Numbered from the stretch's first letter, positions 1 to 9,714 are shown. The stretch is DNA of 64,000 nt from an uncultured Clostridia bacterium (GCA_947177795.1 CAMWVR010000002.1:25764-89763), one strand, 5' to 3'. The notes: generated by a model not told the origin, from the letters alone. Translations and numbers: made by a program.

Positions 1-1
1 G

Positions 2-640
2 CTCAACGCAGTAAAAGTATCGGTAAATCCTAAAGTGATCGAGACTCCCGCTATATCGGCGATTGCAAAAGACGGTATTGAGTTGAGAGTTAAAGCAAGA
101 GTGACCGTCAGAGCAAATATCACGAGACTTATCGGTGGCGCAGGCGAGGATACGATCATTGCCCGTATAGGCGAAGGCATCGTCACGACGGTGGGTTCTT
201 CCGAGTCGCACAAAGACGTGCTGGAAAATCCCGACGCTATCTCCAAGACGGTGCTTAGCAAAGGTCTTGACAGCGGCACTGCTTACGAGATTTTGTCTAT
301 CGACATTGCAGATATCGACGTCGGACGTAACATAGGCGCTCAACTTCAGATGGATCAGGCAGAAGCCGACAAGAGAATCGCAGAGGCAAAAGCCGAGGAA
401 AGACGCGCTATGGCAGTTGCGTTGGAGCAAGAAATGAAGGCAAAGACCCAAGAGATGAGAGCTCTCGTTATCGAGGCGGAATCTCAAGTCCCCAAGGCAA
501 TGGCAGAGGCTTTGCAAAAAGGCAAGTTGGGCGTAATGGATTACTACAATATGCAAAACGTCATGGCAGATACCAATATGCGTAACGCTATCGGCGGAGT
601 AGAAGAATCAAGCGACAGCAAAAAGAAGGATAAGAAATAA
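2..640 (+). CDS. floA: Flotillin-like protein FloA (YqfA/UPF0365 family), C-terminal part; 5' end lies upstream of the window
   Basis: The frame is open from position 2 with no stop. It shows an SPFH-type core, then an A/E/K-rich coiled coil ([33 protein letters not shown]) and the [14 protein letters not shown] tail typical of FloA. Confidence 0.85.
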   Translation, partial: LNAVKVSVNPKVIETPAISAIAKDGIELRVKARVTVRANITRLIGGAGEDTIIARIGEGIVTTVGSSESHKDVLENPDAISKTVLSKGLDSGTAYEILSIDIADIDVGRNIGAQLQMDQAEADKRIAEAKAEERRAMAVALEQEMKAKTQEMRALVIEAESQVPKAMAEALQKGKLGVMDYYNMQNVMADTNMRNAIGGVEESSDSKKKDKK

Positions 641-1260
641 TGTTTGCTTTAATTCCTATTGCAATTATAGCGTTCGTTATAATTGGGGTAATAGTTTCGG
701 TTGCCAAACAAGGCGCCGAAACTAAGAAAAAAAAGGATGCGGAAAAGGCAATGGGTTTGCTTGACAACAAGGAGGAGTTCAAAAAATTCTTGGAATACGA
801 CTCCTCCGAGTCGGAGCGCCGTCCTCAACAGTCTCAAAAGGTTCAGCCACAGCGTCCTGCCCAACCGCAACCCACCGCATATCGTTCTCCTCAGCCTGCA
901 AAACAGCAGATGACGGCTCAGCTTCAACAGCGTCTCGTCGAGTTGCAGCGCAGACAGCAAGAGAGAATGGCGGGCGCTCCAAAAAATATAGTGACGTCTT
1001 CGCACCACGACAGCCATTGCGACGTATCTCACAAAGATAATCACGATAAATACAGAGTGGAGTACGTGCCGACGATGAACAGCATAGGCGGAAAGTCTAC
1101 CGAGGGTTGTCAAGATCATTACAACGTCAGATACGTCAAAATTGACGAAGAAAACGACAATGAGTTGGAACTCACGGCTCTTCAAAAGGCGATCGTCTAT
1201 GGCGAAGTGATCAATCAGCCTGCGTTCAAAAGGCAATACGGCTCTCGCAGATTGAGATGA
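640..1260 (+). CDS. Hypothetical single-pass membrane protein with a Q/P-rich linker and His/Cys-rich C-terminal part
   Basis: The ATG overlaps the floA stop (TAATG). There is an N-terminal TM helix (FALIPIAIIAFVIIGVIVSVA) and a low-complexity PQQSQKVQPQRPAQPQP region. I recognise no family. Confidence 0.6.
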   Translation: MFALIPIAIIAFVIIGVIVSVAKQGAETKKKKDAEKAMGLLDNKEEFKKFLEYDSSESERRPQQSQKVQPQRPAQPQPTAYRSPQPAKQQMTAQLQQRLVELQRRQQERMAGAPKNIVTSSHHDSHCDVSHKDNHDKYRVEYVPTMNSIGGKSTEGCQDHYNVRYVKIDEENDNELELTALQKAIVYGEVINQPAFKRQYGSRRLR

Positions 1261-1281
1261 TTACATCGACGAACTTAAACA

Positions 1282-1314
1282 AAAAATGTACTGCAATTTT
1301 GCAGTACCTTTTAT
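1282..1314. terminator. Bidirectional intrinsic terminator between convergent genes
   Basis: The hairpin GTACTGCA-ATTT-TGCAGTAC (1288-1307) is flanked by an A-run upstream and CTTTTATT downstream. Confidence 0.6.
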
Positions 1315-1328
1315 TATCATATTAATAA

Positions 1329-2702
1329 TTACTTTCTGTCCTTCATCGGCACGTATTCGAGAGCAGGTTGAGTACAGTTGTAAGCAGGGCGCATGATTCT
1401 TGACGAATTGATGAGTTCTTCCATTCTGTGCGCCGACCAACCTGATATTCTTGCGATTGCGAATATCGGGGTATAGAGTTCTTGCGGAAGTCCCAACATG
1501 TCGTATATAAAACCGCTGTAGAAGTCTATATTGGCGCTTACGCCCTTGTATATACGTCTTTGATTGGATATGAGTTTGATAGCAATCTCTTCGACTTTGG
1601 AATATAGATTGAAGTCTCTCATGAGCCCTTTTTCTTCGCTCAAAGACTTCGTCGACTTTTTCAAGAGCAATGCTCTGGGGTCTGACAGGGAATAGACTGC
1701 GTGACCGATACCGTAGATAAGACCGCTTTTGTCAAAGCTCTCTTTGTTGAGAATCTTGTTGAGATAATTCTCGATTTCCTCGTCGTCGTCCCAATCTGCG
1801 ACGTTCTTTTTGATATCGTTGAACATCTGCGAAACTTTGATATTTGCTCCGCCGTGCTTTGGTCCTTTGAGCGAGCCTATCGCTGCGGCGATTGCAGAAT
1901 AGGTATCCGTACCCGAAGAAGTCACGGCTCTTGCCGTAAAAGTGGAGTTGTTACCGCCGCCGTGTTCTGCGTGCAATACGAGAGCAAGGTCGAGGACTTT
2001 TGCCTCCAACTTGCTGTATTTGCTGTCGATTCTCAACATATGCAAGATATTTTCAGCAGTCGACAGATCGTCTTTTGGCGCATGGATAAAGAAAGAATTG
2101 TTTTCCTTTATATAATACTCGTAGGCTTGATAGCTGTATACCGACAAAAGAGGGAAGAGGGCTATCAACTGCAAGCATTGGCTCAGCACGTTGCCGAGCG
2201 AGGTGTCGTTTGCCTTTGAGTCGTAAGAATACAGCGTAAGCACGCTTCTTGCGAGCGAGTTCATCATGTCGTTGCTCGGAGCTTTCATGATGATGTCTCT
2301 TACGAAGGTGTTGGGCAAAGACCTGCGATATCTTGCGAGAATGCTTTTAAATTCTTCAAGTTCTGCTTTGTTTGGCAATTCGCCGAACAAGAGCAAGTAG
2401 GTCACTTCCTCAAATCCGTATCTGTCGCTTGATAAAAAATCTTCGCACAGAGAATTGATATTATATCCTCTATAAAACAATTGACCTTCGCATGGAATCT
2501 CTTCGCCGTTGATTACTTTTTTTGCAATTACGTCGCTGATGTTGGTAAGACCCGTCAATACGCCTTTGCCTTTGGGGTCGCGAAGTCCTTTGTTGACTTT
2601 GTGCTGAACAAAAAGCTCGGGGTCAATGACTCCGTTGCTCATGCATCTGTCCGCTAAAGTAGTAATTTTTCTCCCCAAATCCAAATCTTTTTTCGATGAC
2701 AT
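1329..2702 (-). CDS. gltA: Citrate synthase (citrate/2-methylcitrate synthase family)
   Basis: 457 aa. It carries citrate-synthase signatures: LHAEHGGGNNSTFTARAVTSSGTDTYSAIAAAIGSLKGPKHGGAN, GFGHAVY-like GIGHAVY, and DFYSG. Confidence 0.85.
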   Translation of the reverse strand: MSSKKDLDLGRKITTLADRCMSNGVIDPELFVQHKVNKGLRDPKGKGVLTGLTNISDVIAKKVINGEEIPCEGQLFYRGYNINSLCEDFLSSDRYGFEEVTYLLLFGELPNKAELEEFKSILARYRRSLPNTFVRDIIMKAPSNDMMNSLARSVLTLYSYDSKANDTSLGNVLSQCLQLIALFPLLSVYSYQAYEYYIKENNSFFIHAPKDDLSTAENILHMLRIDSKYSKLEAKVLDLALVLHAEHGGGNNSTFTARAVTSSGTDTYSAIAAAIGSLKGPKHGGANIKVSQMFNDIKKNVADWDDDEEIENYLNKILNKESFDKSGLIYGIGHAVYSLSDPRALLLKKSTKSLSEEKGLMRDFNLYSKVEEIAIKLISNQRRIYKGVSANIDFYSGFIYDMLGLPQELYTPIFAIARISGWSAHRMEELINSSRIMRPAYNCTQPALEYVPMKDRK

Positions 2703-2739
2703 TGCAAAATCCTCTCGACTTTTAGTATATAATGTAAGT

Positions 2740-2768
2740 ATTTTAAACTAATTTTGCCAAAAAGTCAA
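2740..2768 (-). promoter_or_regulatory. Candidate sigma-70-type promoter for citrate synthase
   Basis: On the minus strand: TTGACT (2768-2763), a 17-nt spacer, then TAAAAT (2745-2740), about 40 nt upstream of the start codon. Confidence 0.45.
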
Positions 2769-2843
2769 TCAAAATGCTTTATTACGTGTCGATTATATGC
2801 TACAATATACTTGATTTAATTTAAAAATTTTGCGGAGTATTTT

Positions 2844-4085
2844 ATGGATCTTCAAAAATTGAGAGATAACAGTGACGCCCAAGCCGATTACATGATGGAG
2901 GAGATTACCACTATAATCAAGACTTGCGGCAAGCGCTTGCCGGGCAGCGAGGGCGAAAAAAACGCCGTCGATTATATGGCAAACACCTTGAAAGAATACA
3001 GCGACGAAGTCAAAATCGAACCTTTTGAAATGCACCCAAAGGCGTTTTTCAATTGGATACATATCATGGTTACGATAATTCTCTTGGCAATGGTAAGTTA
3101 TTTTTTCATACCGCTTCTTGCCATAATTTTGGTAGGCGTCGCAATGCTTTTGATGCTTTTGCAATTCGTGCTTTATCTTGAGATCGTAGATTGGATCTAT
3201 CCAAAGCGTACTTCGCACAATCTCATGGCTGTCAAGCATCCAAAAGGCGAAGTCAAGAGAAGAATACTCTTTAACGGACACCCCGACGTAGCCCACGAAT
3301 GGACTATGAGCTATCTCATCAGCGGAGACGCATTCGTCGCTCACTTTGTTATATCTATGGTGGGCATCGTTGCGTTGACGGGTATATCTATCGCATCAAT
3401 CGTGTTGCAGGGCGGCGTAAGCTTTGCAGTCGCAAACACGTCAGTGGCAAACGGAGTGCCTATGATAATGGGCTTGGTGTGCTTGATATTCGTTCCGTTC
3501 TGGATAGCAATGTATAGAATGTGGAACACAAGCGTAATCGTCGACGGCGCAAACGACAACCTCACAGGTTGTTATATGGGCATTGCCGTAATGAAAGCTC
3601 TGCACGACGAGGGCATAGAACTTGAAAATACCGAAGTCGGCGTACTTTTGACGGGCAGTGAAGAAGCAGGCATCAGAGGCGCAAGAGCATGGGCTAAGAG
3701 ACACGGCGCAAGCGGAGATTACAAAGACGTAGAGACTATAATCTACGCTTACGATACTTTGAGAGAGGGCAAGTTCCTTTGCGTCAATAGAAAGGACCTC
3801 AACAACACAGTCAAAGCCGATAAGCACGCAAGCGAATTGTTCTACAATGCGGCAAAGAGCATTGACGTCGCTTGTTCTTACGGATCGGTGCCTCTCGGCG
3901 CTACCGACTCTGCGGCATTTAACAAGGGCGGTTACCAAGCGGTAGGTATCACGGCGCTCGACCATAAGTTGCGCAATTACTATCACACCAGATACGACAC
4001 TTATGACAATATGGATAAACAATGTCTATCCGATTGCTATAAGGTCACCGTGAAGACTCTTGAGGACTTCGACGACGGCAAATAA
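2844..4085 (+). CDS. M28-family metallopeptidase with internal membrane segments
   Basis: 413 aa. It has an N-terminal PA/M28-like start (GSEGEKNAVDYMANTL), several hydrophobic helices, and the metal-ligand-like motifs NGHPDV, DNLTGC and LLTGSEEAGIRGA. Confidence 0.65.
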   Translation: MDLQKLRDNSDAQADYMMEEITTIIKTCGKRLPGSEGEKNAVDYMANTLKEYSDEVKIEPFEMHPKAFFNWIHIMVTIILLAMVSYFFIPLLAIILVGVAMLLMLLQFVLYLEIVDWIYPKRTSHNLMAVKHPKGEVKRRILFNGHPDVAHEWTMSYLISGDAFVAHFVISMVGIVALTGISIASIVLQGGVSFAVANTSVANGVPMIMGLVCLIFVPFWIAMYRMWNTSVIVDGANDNLTGCYMGIAVMKALHDEGIELENTEVGVLLTGSEEAGIRGARAWAKRHGASGDYKDVETIIYAYDTLREGKFLCVNRKDLNNTVKADKHASELFYNAAKSIDVACSYGSVPLGATDSAAFNKGGYQAVGITALDHKLRNYYHTRYDTYDNMDKQCLSDCYKVTVKTLEDFDDGK

Positions 4086-4110
4086 TCTAGGTCATTTTGA
4101 GCGAAATAGA

Positions 4111-4143
4111 AAGCCAACCGAAAAAATCGGTTGGCTTTTTTTA
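4111..4143 (+). terminator. Intrinsic terminator after the M28 peptidase gene
   Basis: A 10-bp stem AAGCCAACCG / CGGTTGGCTT with loop AAAAAAT is followed by a T-run of at least 8. A degenerate repeat head (GTCATTTTGAGCG, 4091-) sits immediately 5' of it. Confidence 0.85.
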
Positions 4144-4352
4144 TTCAACAAAATTCTAATTTACTTTTAATTTAATGCAAAATTTTCATATTTCCAAAAA
4201 AAGTATACTTTTCTTGACCGCCTGCGAAAAGGCGTATTTTTACGATTACATTATACTTCACGAACAATTAATTTGCAATATCTTTAAGTCAGTAAAAGTA
4301 TACTTTTTTTGGAATTTGTAAAGACAAAAGACTAATATAGCGGGGTAACGAC

Positions 4353-7300
4353 GTGAAATTAAATAAATTAAAAAAATGTCTATTTGGAACTTTGATGATA
4401 AGCGTACTGTTGTTGGCTATAATGACGGCGACGACGCTTTTCGTTCCTGCGCAAGAAATAGCGCAAGCGGATACCGAAACGAGCGACATCGGCAAGATCA
4501 CGGTGGACGGATATGAATCAAATCCCACTTCAAAGGTTTTTAACGGCGATAAATTGAGGAGTTTATACAGTCAAATCGTAGGTAAAGAAAACGCAACTTA
4601 CGCCGATCTTGTAAAAAAACTGTCAGATGCGACTGACAACAAAATGTGCAGCGCAGATTTCAGAACGACAAGCATAGACGGCAAAGAAATTTACGTTACG
4701 ATAGACGGTATGAAATGGGCTGCAATGTATCTTGCCAACAACAAGAGCGGACAGCCTGTGCTGACTTTGTGGCTTGTGGATTCCAACGATATTGACGATT
4801 CAAATTATTCTTCGTATGTATATAATGATTATACGGCAAGTTCATTAGGTGATTATCCTGCTCTTATGTATGCTACGAGTCAGTTGCGAGCAATTTGTCT
4901 CAACAATGGCGGTATATATGGCACAAGCATTACGACGTATGATACTGCGGTACAAAAAGCAGATCATCCATTTGCTAAGTTTACTATGCCCAACGGTACT
5001 TATGACGGAGTGGAACTTAAGGGAAGTTTGTATGATTTTATTGAAATTCCCGAGCAAATGGAATGGCAGGAATTTGAGTCGTCAGAAAAAAATGGCGATC
5101 CGGATCCCACTAACTATGAAAATGACGCTTGGTCTACCGAAGTAAATGTTTTTAAATCTTTAAATAGAACACCTTTGACAGATATAGTTGGTTATAGTAA
5201 TTGGAATAAAGATAAACTTTGGGTACCTAGTTATGCAGAATCAGGATATTATGTCAGGAATTATTCTTATAGAGGCATGTGGCGAGAATCCGACGAAGTA
5301 TTCGATAGTAGTTCGTATTATTGGACGAGAAGTGTACCTCCCAGCAGATATTCCGACGCTTATTCTAATAAGGGTAGTTCAAGTATTGTTACTACAACTT
5401 GGAATATTCGTCCTGCTTTTCACTTAAATTTGTCTGAAGTGGAAAAAAGTACAACCGTTGCTGTGCCAAGTCAAGGCGAAAAGAAAAAAGATTTTTATAT
5501 CGACGATAATACCGACTTGGAGTTTAATCTCAACGGCGTTGATACGACGAAGTTAGATATTACGTGCGTTTCTCAACCTGTGAGCGGAGAGACAGCGGGG
5601 ACGATGACTTATAAGGCAAGTACTTTTGGACTTGTTACGCTCAAAGCAAGCAAAGTCGGTAAGTATACCGTCACGGTTAAGCCCAAGAACGGAGAATGTT
5701 GGAGTAGCGGTACGGCAACTCCCGTCGAATATACGTTTTATATCAAATACTTGGTCGACGAACCTGCATTGATTGGACAGACAGGAGCGTTGTCGATAAG
5801 CAAAAATTACGCCGACGGCGAACAAGAAATCAAGTTTGCAAAAGAGTTTTACGACGCGACCAAATATGACATTAAACCAAATACTTCGCCTAGCGGACTT
5901 ACTTTTGACGATTCAAGCGGAGAAGCCATATTCAAAGTCAAGGACGCAGACACGTATACTGCGTCGGTAGAATTAAAAGATAAGACGTTGATGGAATGGA
6001 ACGCAGACAATCTCGATACGTCCAAGGTGTCGGGCGATACTGCCAACAAAACCATTACCATAACAATTCAACCTAGGTTGTTAATGATCTCCCTAGACCC
6101 TAACGGAGCCTGGAGTGTGCCTTATGGCGAAGTTGGCAGTTTTGCTTTCACTGACGACAGAGTTAATACCGACGACGTCATCAGATTTACGACGACTTAC
6201 GCCTTAAAAGACGGTAGTGGCAGTTCTGTCACGTTGACGAATACAACGACTGGTAATAGGACGGAGTTCAGTATTCCGCCAAGTTTGGCAAAAGGCGTAT
6301 ATGAATTGAGCATAACTCTCAATTCGTCGGGACAGGGCAAAAATTACGTTCTCAACGGCAGTCCTATCAAAAAAGAGTTTTCGGTAGTGGATAAAGAAAT
6401 AGACCTTGAGCAAGCCGATATAATATGGGGATATGAGAATTTGCGAGTGTCCAATGGCGAATGGCAAAGGTTAGGAGCGTGGGATAATAATACTGTTGTT
6501 CTTAATTACACGGGCGCAGAATTTAAGTGGAGCGTCGACGAAATTGCGTTGGCACAAAAGGGCGTAAAAGTAGATTACGACGGTTTAGGATACGAGAATG
6601 CGGTAGCTACGAATAGCGGAAGCGCAATCTATACGACGACCGTGCACTTGTTGCCTATAGTCGAGACGAGTATTTTGAATACTAAGACCTTTACTATCAA
6701 GTGGAAAATCGATCAAGGTTTATACGATTTGTCGGGAGTATCTTGGGACTATGCCGACGGCGAGTTGGAATATACGGGCAGAGGACAGGAAGTGAAATTG
6801 ACGGGATTGCTGTCTTCGTTAGTACCGCAGTATACGGGCAACAGACAGACCAACGTCGGCGACAACTATTTGGCAAAGGTCAATGGATTTGTCAACAACG
6901 ATAGCAATTTTAAAGATCCCGATATCAACGACCCTACTACGTATATCTATAAAGACGGCGAGACTTTCCCGTGGGAACTCGTATGGAAGATAGTCAAGAA
7001 GAAAATATCGCTGTCATGGGAAGCAAAAGAGGCTGTGGACGTCAACGGCCGTAATTTCACTTATTACGTGGCTGCGGGCGAAGATGCCGACAAGATCAGC
7101 GGATACGAATACTATAGAGGCGACGATTACAGCAGTAGCGGCGGCGGAAGTGCGACGGGCAGTCCTATAAAATTCGAGGACATAGTAGTCGTAGAGAAAC
7201 AAGTTGACAGCTATTGGGCGGTAGCTATATTGTCGGCGGAGTACGACAATAATTACGAGATCGTAAGCAACAAGGCGAGACTGTTCTCTGTGGGCTCGAC

Positions 7301-9242
7301 AAACGACGAAGTTAAGGTAGAACTCAACGGCGGCAATCATAAGTATACTTATGACGGCAATGCGCACGGCAACGAGTTGAAAGTCACGACAAGCGCGTTG
7401 AGCGTAAACGATATCGTCAAGACGTACTATAGAGGCAGCGAGGTAAACGAAAATAACAGGCTTGAGGGAGCACCGACTGACGCAGGTAAGTATTTGCTTG
7501 TGATGAGCTTAAGCGCGCAAGACGAAGAGGACTTTGTATTGTCGACGAGCAGAATAGAATTTGAGATAGAGAAAGCTAAGATAATGGCGGTATGGAATAC
7601 CGAGGGGCAAATCCCCGTGATATCCAACTTGAACGATAATCTCAAAGAGATAGTAGGATATATCTATTACGATGCGGAGGGCAATCAACTTGAGGACGGA
7701 GCTCAACTCGAAGTAGGCAAGACTTACAGCGTCAAGGCAATACTCAAGGGAGATTACGGGAAGAACTATGAGTTCGTAGCTCAAGACGGAGAGACGGTGC
7801 TTGACGACCCGACTACGACGGAAGAAGAGGAGTTTACCGTCAAGGATAGCAACAACGGCGACGGTAACGGCATAGGCGGAGTAGGCAGCGGAAACCAAGG
7901 CGGAGACGGTAACGGCAGCGGAAACGTCAACTTTGACAACGTAGGCGAGATACTTAAGCAGTGGTGGCAAGTCATCGCAAGTGCAGTAAGCATAATATTG
8001 ATAATAATATTTATGAGCAAAGGCATAGGCTACGCCAACAAGCGAAAGAAAGCCAAGAGGACGACGGAGAAATACGCCAACTATTACGCAGGCGCAACGG
8101 GCTTGTTTGGACTCGCAATGACGGCTTGGACTGCAATAGCTTGTACGCTTATGGGCGTGGCGGTATTGAGCCTTGTCTTTATGATAATCGAGAAATCGCT
8201 CAACAACAAGGCGCAAGAAGAGCTTGAAGACGCAAGAGACGAGTACGATCGCAACAGAGCTGAGGTCGAAGAGAGAAAACGCGACGAAAATATGCGCATG
8301 ATGTTTATGGGCATGATGGGCGGTCAAAGCGGCAACGGCAATATGGGCGGCGGTTACGTCGTGCAACAAGGACTCGGGGCGGACGAGATAAGAGGCATAG
8401 TATCAGAGACTATGACGGCATTGCTCCCGGGTATGCAACAGCTTTTGCCTCAACAGGCGTCTTCCAATGACGAAGTCATAAAGAGCCTTATAGAAGGACA
8501 AAAAGCAATAATGGAAAAACTTGCCGAGCAATCTTCCGAAAAGGTTGTCGTCGAGAGAGAAGTCGCAAGCGCAGGCATGGTGGGCGTGGTAGGAGTGACA
8601 AACTCTAACGACGAAACTATCAAAAAACTTGCCGAGGGACAAGATTTGATTATGCAATGCCTTGCTCAACTCACAAAAGACAAAGTTGAAGACCAAAAAG
8701 AAAAAATCGTCGAGAAGATTGTCGAAGTACCCGTGGAGAAGATAGTCGAGGTACCTGTCGAAAAGGTTGTAGAAAAGGTAGTGGAGAAAGAAGTAAAAGT
8801 CAAAGTAACCGCTCCTGCAAAGCCAAAGATAGAAAAAGTTCCGAGACTTACTTTAGACGAGGCTTACGCATTGCTCAGCAAAGAGCAAAAGAAATACTTT
8901 GACGGATTGAGAGACTACGCTCTTACTAAGTATAAGTGCAAAGAGAAGAAGTCGACGTACTTCGTAGTCTACGGACAGACGAGTACCAATCCATTGGTCA
9001 AGCTGACGATAAAGAAAGACACGACGGTAGCACTCTTGAAAATGGAAGACGAGTATATGAAAGACATCAGAAGAGACGCAACGGGAGACGGAACTAAGAT
9101 CAAGGTCAAAGAGACGGAAGTCGTGGTAAGCGACGCTCAAGCATGCAAAGCGGCAAAGAATATGATAGACCTTAGGGAAGATCAGATTGAGAGGTATGCC
9201 GACTTGTTAAAAGAACAAAGGGCGATGAAGAGTAAGAAATAA
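4353..9242 (+). CDS. Giant (1629 aa) secreted/membrane-anchored protein: signal peptide, about 1200-aa adhesin-like ectodomain, TM region, and about 400-aa coiled-coil/repeat tail
   Basis: GTG start and signal peptide (MKLNKLKKCLFGTLMISVLLLAIMTATTLFVPAQEIAQA). A W..RS...IRPAFHLNL motif resembles DUF6273-type surface domains, and there are beta-rich Ig-like segments. An MBG-like unit is present (YTYDGNAHG...TDAGKY). The TM block is WWQVIASAVSIILIIIFM + KRKKAKR + ATGLFGLAMTAWTAIACTLMGVAVLSLVFMII. The tail holds a G/M-rich stretch, a duplicated L(I/A)EGQ..IM motif, and EKIVEVPVEK repeats. Confidence 0.8.
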   Translation: MKLNKLKKCLFGTLMISVLLLAIMTATTLFVPAQEIAQADTETSDIGKITVDGYESNPTSKVFNGDKLRSLYSQIVGKENATYADLVKKLSDATDNKMCSADFRTTSIDGKEIYVTIDGMKWAAMYLANNKSGQPVLTLWLVDSNDIDDSNYSSYVYNDYTASSLGDYPALMYATSQLRAICLNNGGIYGTSITTYDTAVQKADHPFAKFTMPNGTYDGVELKGSLYDFIEIPEQMEWQEFESSEKNGDPDPTNYENDAWSTEVNVFKSLNRTPLTDIVGYSNWNKDKLWVPSYAESGYYVRNYSYRGMWRESDEVFDSSSYYWTRSVPPSRYSDAYSNKGSSSIVTTTWNIRPAFHLNLSEVEKSTTVAVPSQGEKKKDFYIDDNTDLEFNLNGVDTTKLDITCVSQPVSGETAGTMTYKASTFGLVTLKASKVGKYTVTVKPKNGECWSSGTATPVEYTFYIKYLVDEPALIGQTGALSISKNYADGEQEIKFAKEFYDATKYDIKPNTSPSGLTFDDSSGEAIFKVKDADTYTASVELKDKTLMEWNADNLDTSKVSGDTANKTITITIQPRLLMISLDPNGAWSVPYGEVGSFAFTDDRVNTDDVIRFTTTYALKDGSGSSVTLTNTTTGNRTEFSIPPSLAKGVYELSITLNSSGQGKNYVLNGSPIKKEFSVVDKEIDLEQADIIWGYENLRVSNGEWQRLGAWDNNTVVLNYTGAEFKWSVDEIALAQKGVKVDYDGLGYENAVATNSGSAIYTTTVHLLPIVETSILNTKTFTIKWKIDQGLYDLSGVSWDYADGELEYTGRGQEVKLTGLLSSLVPQYTGNRQTNVGDNYLAKVNGFVNNDSNFKDPDINDPTTYIYKDGETFPWELVWKIVKKKISLSWEAKEAVDVNGRNFTYYVAAGEDADKISGYEYYRGDDYSSSGGGSATGSPIKFEDIVVVEKQVDSYWAVAILSAEYDNNYEIVSNKARLFSVGSTNDEVKVELNGGNHKYTYDGNAHGNELKVTTSALSVNDIVKTYYRGSEVNENNRLEGAPTDAGKYLLVMSLSAQDEEDFVLSTSRIEFEIEKAKIMAVWNTEGQIPVISNLNDNLKEIVGYIYYDAEGNQLEDGAQLEVGKTYSVKAILKGDYGKNYEFVAQDGETVLDDPTTTEEEEFTVKDSNNGDGNGIGGVGSGNQGGDGNGSGNVNFDNVGEILKQWWQVIASAVSIILIIIFMSKGIGYANKRKKAKRTTEKYANYYAGATGLFGLAMTAWTAIACTLMGVAVLSLVFMIIEKSLNNKAQEELEDARDEYDRNRAEVEERKRDENMRMMFMGMMGGQSGNGNMGGGYVVQQGLGADEIRGIVSETMTALLPGMQQLLPQQASSNDEVIKSLIEGQKAIMEKLAEQSSEKVVVEREVASAGMVGVVGVTNSNDETIKKLAEGQDLIMQCLAQLTKDKVEDQKEKIVEKIVEVPVEKIVEVPVEKVVEKVVEKEVKVKVTAPAKPKIEKVPRLTLDEAYALLSKEQKKYFDGLRDYALTKYKCKEKKSTYFVVYGQTSTNPLVKLTIKKDTTVALLKMEDEYMKDIRRDATGDGTKIKVKETEVVVSDAQACKAAKNMIDLREDQIERYADLLKEQRAMKSKK

Positions 9243-9659
9243 TAGATATTTCGACTTCGCTACGCTCCGCTCAATATGACTCGTTTGAAGCGAGAGTCAC
9301 GCCTTGAATGCGTCACTCTGAGCGAAACGAAGTGAAGTCGAAGAGTCTAATTTAATAATGTCATTTCGACCAAAGCGTAGCGTCGTGGAGAAATCTCAAC
9401 TGATATAAAAATGATTAGACCTCTCCGCTACGGTCGGTCGAGGTGACGAACACACCTCATCACCGCCTACGGCGGAGCTTCCCCTCAAGGGGAAGCCGAG
9501 GCACGGATATTTTCTGTCACTGACGCTCGCTACGTCCTCGCACCTGCTTGCTCGCTATGTACGACTACGTTACACTATGCTCATGGTGACTCGTTTAAAG
9601 CGAAAGTCACACATTCAACGAGTCATATTGAGCGGAACGAAGTGTAGTCGAAATATCTA
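9243..9659. repeat. Composite repeat block: 5 type-1 structured units, module-3 sequence and two extra perfect hairpins, bounded by inverted TATT-box units
   Basis: Units: 9243-9280 (-, TATT/AATA), 9312-9349 (+, CTCT/AGAG), 9360-9396 (+, TTTC/GAAA), 9416-9447 (-, CCTC/GAGG), 9622-9659 (+, TATT/AATA). Extra hairpins are CCGCC-TAC-GGCGG and GCTTCCCC-TCAA-GGGGAAGC (about 9463-9497). Positions 9516-9560 match the reverse complement of 32105-32150. Confidence 0.9.
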
Positions 9660-9688
9660 ATGTATTAAAGAATTAATCAAGCAAAGAC

Positions 9689-9714
9689 AAAAGCCACCTT
9701 AAAGGTGGCTTTTG
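9689..9714. terminator. Bidirectional terminator between the giant gene and the convergent acyltransferase gene
   Basis: AAAGCCACC-TTAAA-GGTGGCTTT with A-run and T-run flanks. Confidence 0.75.

Noticed and set aside
8690-8800. Tandem DNA repeats (GAGAAGATAGTCGAGGTACCTGTCGAA-like)
   Set aside because: They are in frame within the giant CDS and encode the EKIVEVPVEK peptide repeat. This is not a CRISPR array or a non-coding minisatellite.
9243-9659. Possibility that the repeat clusters are CRISPR arrays
   Set aside because: The units occur in both orientations with irregular spacing and variable length. The spacers between them are themselves repeats. No cas genes or leader are present.
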